Positions 57,861 to 64,000 of a stretch of DNA of 64,000 bases are shown here, one piece after another (position 1 is the first letter of the stretch; each line of letters opens with the position of its first letter). The stretch comes from the human T2T-CHM13v2.0 reference genome, Homo sapiens. The notes beneath the pieces were generated by a model. That model ran no database searches and was not told the DNA's origin. It saw only the letters and a program-made list of their open reading frames with translations. Where the stretch lies: assembly GCF_009914755.1 (NCBI RefSeq), contig NC_060925.1. One strand, given 5' to 3'. A program made the position numbers and the translations under genes.

Positions 57861-60800
57861 ATGGAATCGTCATCGAATGAATTGAATGCAATCATCGAAT
57901 GGTCTCGAATGGAACCATCTTCTAATGGAAAGGAATGGAATCATCGCATAGAATCGAATGGAATTATCATCGAATGGAATCGAATGGTATCAACACCAAA
58001 CGGAAAAAAACGGAATTATCGAATGGAATCGAAGAGAATCTTCGAACGGACCCGAATGGAATCATCTAATGGAATGGAATGGAATAATCCATGGACTCGA
58101 ATGCAATCATCATCGAATGGAATCGAATGGAATCATCGAATGGACTCGAATGGAATAATCATTGAACGGAATCGAATGGAATCATCATCGGATGGAAACG
58201 AATGGAATCATCATCGAATGGAAATGAAAGGAGTCATCATCTAATGGAATTGCATGGAATCATCATAAAATGGAATCGAATGGAATCAACATCAAATGGA
58301 ATCAAATGGAATCATTGAACGGAATTGAATGGAATCGTCATCGAATGAATTGAATGCAATCATCGAATGGTCTCGAATGGAATCATCTTCAAATGGAATG
58401 GAATGGAATCATCGCATAGAATCGAATGAAATTATCATCGAATGGAATCGAATGGAATCAACATCAAACGGAAAAAAACGGAATTATCGAATGGAATCGA
58501 AGAGAATCATCGAATGGACCCGAATGGAATCATCTAATGGAATGGAATGGAATAATCCATGGACTCGAATGCAATCATCATCGAATGGAATCGAATGGAA
58601 TCATCGAATGGACTCGAATGGAATAATCATTGAACGGAATCGAATGGAATCATCATCGGATGGAAATGAAAGGAGTCATCATCTAATGGAATTGCATGGA
58701 ATCATCATAAAATGGAATCGAATGGAATCAACATCAAATGGAATCAAATGGAATCATTGAACGGAATTGAATGGAATCGTCATCGAATGAATTGAATGCA
58801 ATCATCGAATGGTCTCGAATGGAATCATCTTCAAATGGAATGGAATGGAATCATCGCATAGAATCGAATGGAATTATCATCGAATGGAATCGAATGGAAT
58901 CAACATCAAACGGAAAAAAACGGAATTATCGAATGGAATCGAAGAGAATCATCGAATGGACCCGAATGGAATCATCTAATGGAATGGAATGGAATAATCC
59001 ATGGACTCGAATGCAATCATCATCGAATGGAATCAAATGGAATCATCGAATGGACTCGAATGGAATAATCATTGAACGGAATCGAATGGAATCATCATCG
59101 GATGGAAATGAATGGAATCATCATCGAATGGAATCGAATAGAATTATGGAATGAAATCCAGTGTGATCATCATCGAATGGACCCGAATGGAATCATCATC
59201 CAACGGATGCTAATGGAATCAACATCGAATGAATCAAATGGAAACACCATCGAATTGAAACGAATGGAATTACCATGAAATTGAAATGGATGGACTCATC
59301 ATCGAATGGATTCGAAAGGAATCATCGAATAAAATTGATTGAAATCATCATCGAATGGAATCGAATGGTATCATTGAATGGAATCGAATGGAATCATCAT
59401 CAGATGGAAATGAATGGAATCGTCATAGAATGGAATCGAATGGATTCATTGAATGGAATCAGATGGAATCATCGAATGGACTGGAATGGAATCATTGAAT
59501 GGACTCGAAAGAGATCATGATTGAATGGAATTGAATGGAATCATCGAATGGTCTCGATTGGAATCATTATCAAATGGAATCGAATGGAATCACCGAATAG
59601 AATCGAATGGAACAATCATCGAATGGACTCAAATGGAATTATCCTCCAATGGAATCGAATGGAATTATCGAATGCAATCGAATGGAATTATCGAATGCAA
59701 TCGAATAGAATCATCGAATGGACTCGAATGGAATCATCGAATGGAATGGAATGGAACAGTCAATGAACTCGAATGGAATCATCATTGAATGGAATCGAAT
59801 GGAATCATCGAGTGGAATCGAATGGAATTATGATCAAATGGAATCGAATGTAATCATCATCAAATGGAATCAAAAATAACCATCATCAATTGGTATTGAA
59901 TGGAATTGTCATCAAATGGAATTCAAAGGAAACATCATCAAATGGAACCGAATGGAATCCTCATTGAATGGAAATGAAAGGGGTCATCATCTAATGGAAT
60001 CGCATGGAATCATCATCAAATGGAATCGAATGGAATCATCAACAAATGGAATCTAATGGAATCATTGAACAGAATTGAATGGAATCGTCATCGAATGAAT
60101 TGAATGCAATCATCGAATGGTCTCGAATGGAACCATCTTCTAATGGAAAGGAATGGAATCATCGCATAGAATCGAATGGAATTATCATCGAATGGAATCG
60201 AATGGTATCAACACCAAACGGAAAAAAACGGAATTATCGAATGGAATCGAAGAGAATCTTCGAACGGACCCGAATGGAATCATCTAATGGAATGGAATGG
60301 AATAATCCATGGACTCGAATGCAATGATCATCGAATGGAATCGAATGGAATCATCGAATGGACTCGAATGAAATAATCATTGAACGGAATCGAATGGAAT
60401 CATCATCGGATGGAAATGAAAGGAGTCATCATCTAATGGAATTGCATGGAATCATCATAAAATGGAATCGAATGGAATCAACATCAAATGGAATCAAATG
60501 GAATCATTGAACGGAATTGAATGGAATCGTCATCGAATGAATTGAATGCAATCATCGAATGGTCTCGAATGGAATCATCTTCAAATGGAATGGAATGGAA
60601 TCATCGCATAGAATCGAATGGAATTATCATCGAATGGAATCGAATGGAATCAACATCAAACGGAAAAAAACGGAATTATCGAATGGAATCGAAGAGAATC
60701 ATCGAATGGACCCGAATGGAATCATCTAATGGAATGGAATGGAATAATCCATGGACTCGAATGCAATCATCATCGAATGGAATCGAATGGAATCATCCAA

Positions 60801-62270
60801 TGGACTCGAATGGAATAATCATTGAACGGAATCGAATGGAATCATCATCGGATGGAAATGAATGGAATCATCATCGAATGGAATCGAATAGAATTATGGA
60901 ATGAAATCCAGTGTGATCATCATCGAATGGACCCGAATGGAATCATCATCCAACGGATGCTAATGGAATCAACATCGAATGAATCAAATGGAAACACCAT
61001 CGAATTGAAACGAATGGAATTACCATGAAATTGAAATGGATGGACTCATCATCGAATGGATTTGAAAGGAATCATCGAATAAAATTGATTGAAATCATCA
61101 TCGAATGGAATCGAATGGTATCATTGAATGGAATCGAATGGAATCATCATCAGATGGAAATGAATGGAATCGTCATAGAATGGAATCGAATGGATTCATT
61201 GAATGGAATCAGATGGAATCATCGAATGGACTGGAATGGAATCATTGAATGGACTCGAAAGACATCATGATTGAATGGAATTGAATGGAATCATCGAATG
61301 GTCTCGATTGGAATCATTATCAAATGGAATCGAATGGAATCACCGAATAGAATCGAATGGAACAATCATCGAATGGACTCAAATGGAATTATCCTCCAAT
61401 GGAATCGAATGGAATTATCGAATGCAATCGAATGGAATTATCGAAAGCAAACGAATAGAATCATCGAATGGACTCGAATGGAATCATCGAATGGAATGGA
61501 ATGGAACAGTCAATGAACTCGAATGGAATCATCATTGAATGGAATCGAATGGAATCATCGAGTGGAATCGAATGGAATTATGATCAAATGGAATCGAATG
61601 TAATCATCATCAAATGGAATCAAAAATAACCATCATCAATTGGTATTGAATGGAATTGTCATCAAATGGAATTCAAAGGAAACATCATCAAATGGAACCG
61701 AATGGAATCCTCATTGAATGGAAATGAAAGGGGTCATCATCTAATGGAATCGCATGGAATCATCATCAAATGGAATCGAATGGAATCATCATGAAATGGA
61801 ATCTAATGGAATCATTGAACAGAATTGAATGGAATCGTCATCGAATGAATTGAATGCAATCATCGAATGGTCTCGAATGGAACCATCTTCTAATGGAAAG
61901 GAATGGAATCATCGCATAGAATCGAATGGAATTATCATCGAATGGAATCGAATGGTATCAACACCAAACGGAAAAAAACGGAATTATCGAATGGAATCGA
62001 AGAGAATCTTCGAACGGACCCGAATGGAATCATCTAATGGAATGGAATGGAATAATCCATGGACTCGAATGCAATCATCATCGAATGGAATCGAATGGAA
62101 TCATCGAATGGACTCGAATGGAATAATCATTGAACGGAATCGAATGGAATCATCATCGGATGGAAATGAAAGGAGTCATCATCTAATGGAATTGCATGGA
62201 ATCATCATAAAATGGAATCGAATGGAATCAACATCAAATGGAATCAAATGGAATCATTGAACGGAATTGA
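57861..62270 (+). repeat. One 2218 bp unit, one 1750 bp unit and an A' module
   Basis: Starts at 57861, 60079 and 61829. Confidence 0.9.
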
Positions 62271-64000
62271 ATGGAATCGTCATCGAATGAATTGAATGCA
62301 ATCATCGAATGGTCTCGAATGGAATCATCTTCTAATGGAAAGGAATGGAATCATCGCATAGAATCGAATGGAATTATCATCGAATGGAATCGAATGGTAT
62401 CAACATCAAAGGGAAAAAAACGGAATTATGGAATGGAATCGAAGAGAATCGTCGAACGGACCCGAATGGAATCATCTAATGGAATGGAATGGAATAATCC
62501 ATGGACTCGAATGCAATCATCATCGAATGGAATCGAATGGAATCATCGAATGGACTCGAATGGAATAATAATTGAACGGAATCGAATGGAATCATCTTCG
62601 GATGGAAACGAATGGAATCATCATCGAATGGAAATGATAGGAATCATCATCTAATGGAATTGCATGGAATCATCATAAAATGGAATCGAATGGAATCATC
62701 ATCAGATGGAAATGAATGGAATCGTCATAGAATGGAATCGAATGGATTCATTGAATGGAATCAGATGGAATCATCCAATGGACTGGAATGGAATCATTTA
62801 ATGGACTCGAAAGGGATAATTATTGAATGGAATTGAATGGAATCATCGAATGGTCTCGATTGGAATCATTATCAAATGGAATCGAATGGAATCACCGAAT
62901 AGAATCGAATGGAACAATCATCGAATGGACTCAAATGGAATTATCCTCAAATGGAATCGAATGGAATTATCGAATGCAATCGAATGGAATTATCGAATGC
63001 AATCGAATAGAATCATCGAATGGACTCGAATGGAATCATCGAATGGAATGGAATGGAACAGTCAATGAACTCGAATGGAATCATCATTTAATGGAATCGA
63101 ATGGAATCATCGAGTGGAATCAAATGGAATTATGATCAAATGGAATCGAATGTAATCATCATCAAATGGAATCAAAAATAAACATCATCAATTGGTATTG
63201 AATGGAATTGTCACCAAATGGAATTCAAAGGAAACATCATCAAATGGAACCGAATGGAATCCTCATTGAATGGAAATGAAAGGGGTCATCATCTAATGGA
63301 ATCACATGGAATCATCATCAAATGGAATCGAATGGAATCATCATCAAGTGGAATCTGATGGAATCATTGAACAGAATTGAATGGAATCGTCATCGAATGA
63401 ATTGAATGCAATCATCGAATGGTCTCGAATGGAATCATCTTCTAATGGAAAGGAATGGAATCATCGCATAGAATGGAATGGAATTATCATCGAATGGAAT
63501 CGAATGGTATCTACAGCAAACGGAAAAAAACGGAATTTTCGAATGGAATCGAAGGGAATCTTCGAACGGACCCGAATGGAATCATCTAATGGAATGGAAT
63601 GGAATAATCCATGGACTGGAAGGCAATCATCATCGAATGGAATCGAATGGAATCATCGAATGGACTCGAATGGAATAATCATTGAACGGAATCGAATGGA
63701 ATCATCTTCGGATGGAAACGAATGGAATCATCATCGAATGGAAATGAAAGGAGTCATCATCTAATGGAATTGCATGGAATCATCATAAAATGGAATCGAA
63801 TGGAATCAACATCAAATGGAATCAAATGGAATCATTGAACGGAATTGAATGGAATCGTCATCGAATGAATTGAATACAATCATCGAATGGTCTCGTATGG
63901 AATCATCTTCAAATGGAATGGAATGGAATCATCGCATAGAATCGAATGGAATTATCATCGAATGGAATCGAATGGAATCAACATCAAACGGAAAAAAACG
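62271..64000 (+). repeat. Second copy of module D followed by the diverged A and the start of C (truncated by the window end)
   Basis: Carries the same private variants as 53199-54928 at an offset of 9072 bp. Confidence 0.9.

Larger units (their letters stand above)
1..64000 (+). repeat. Human Satellite 2 (HSat2/HSATII) pericentromeric array, probably chr1q12 HSat2A (D1Z1 / 1.77 kb family)
   Basis: Continuous GAATGGAATC(ATC)n motifs with very dense TCGA. GGAAT lies on the + strand throughout. The base unit is 1776 bp with one GAATTC per unit (e.g. 1846-1851). CATCGAATGGAAATGAAAGGAGTC (e.g. 2357-2380) matches what I recall as the common chr1 Sat2 primer. The family call is secure; the chromosome assignment is inference. 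Confidence 0.96.

Noticed and set aside
256-63764. About 250 ORFs of 60-143 aa (MESSSNELNAIIEW..., MELSSNGIEW..., MKLKWMD...)
   Set aside because: They are low-complexity translations of the GAATGGAATC motif, overlap in several frames, recur with the repeat period and are freely broken by stops (e.g. 8464, 54969). The + strand bias follows from ATG in AATGG, while TCA repeats read as TGA stops on the minus strand.
1-64000. CRISPR-like repeat/spacer appearance of the 23-26 bp motifs
   Set aside because: There are no unique spacers, no leader and no cas genes; the intervening sequence is itself satellite.
1-64000. Inversions or inserted Alu, L1 or other non-satellite DNA
   Set aside because: No switch to a CATTC-rich + strand was seen, and the module lengths account for every base between 2006 and 63380.
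1-64000. Order of unit lengths as a functional code or programmed rearrangement system
   Set aside because: The order is adequately explained by nested tandem duplications and unequal exchange, and nothing in the sequence indicates function.

Overview
The whole 64 kb window is one uninterrupted, single-orientation array of human Satellite 2 (HSat2/HSATII). It consists of diverged GGAAT repeats with the CATCATCGAATGGAATCGAATGGAAT 23/26-mer character. The ~1.77 kb periodicity and one EcoRI site per unit match the chromosome 1q12 HSat2A/D1Z1 type. I see no credible genes, RNA genes, transposons or CRISPR arrays; all listed ORFs are translations of the satellite. The real information is in the architecture. 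The array is built from modules sharing a ~340 bp head: A (468 bp), B (442 bp), A' (442 bp), C (1308 bp) and D (1110 bp). Between 2006 and 63380 these give 32 complete units: 12 of 2218 bp (ABC), 12 of 1750 bp (A'C, one is 1749), 6 of 1776 bp (AC) and 2 of 1552 bp (A'D). Microhomology junctions explain how the length classes interconvert. Shared variants reveal nested super-repeats of 4436 bp, ~11.0/11.5 kb and 9072 bp, a more diverged block at ~53.2-56.9 kb that recurs from 62.3 kb, and signs of gene conversion. I found no evidence for a new protein- or RNA-based system. All comparisons were made by eye using ORF starts as anchors.
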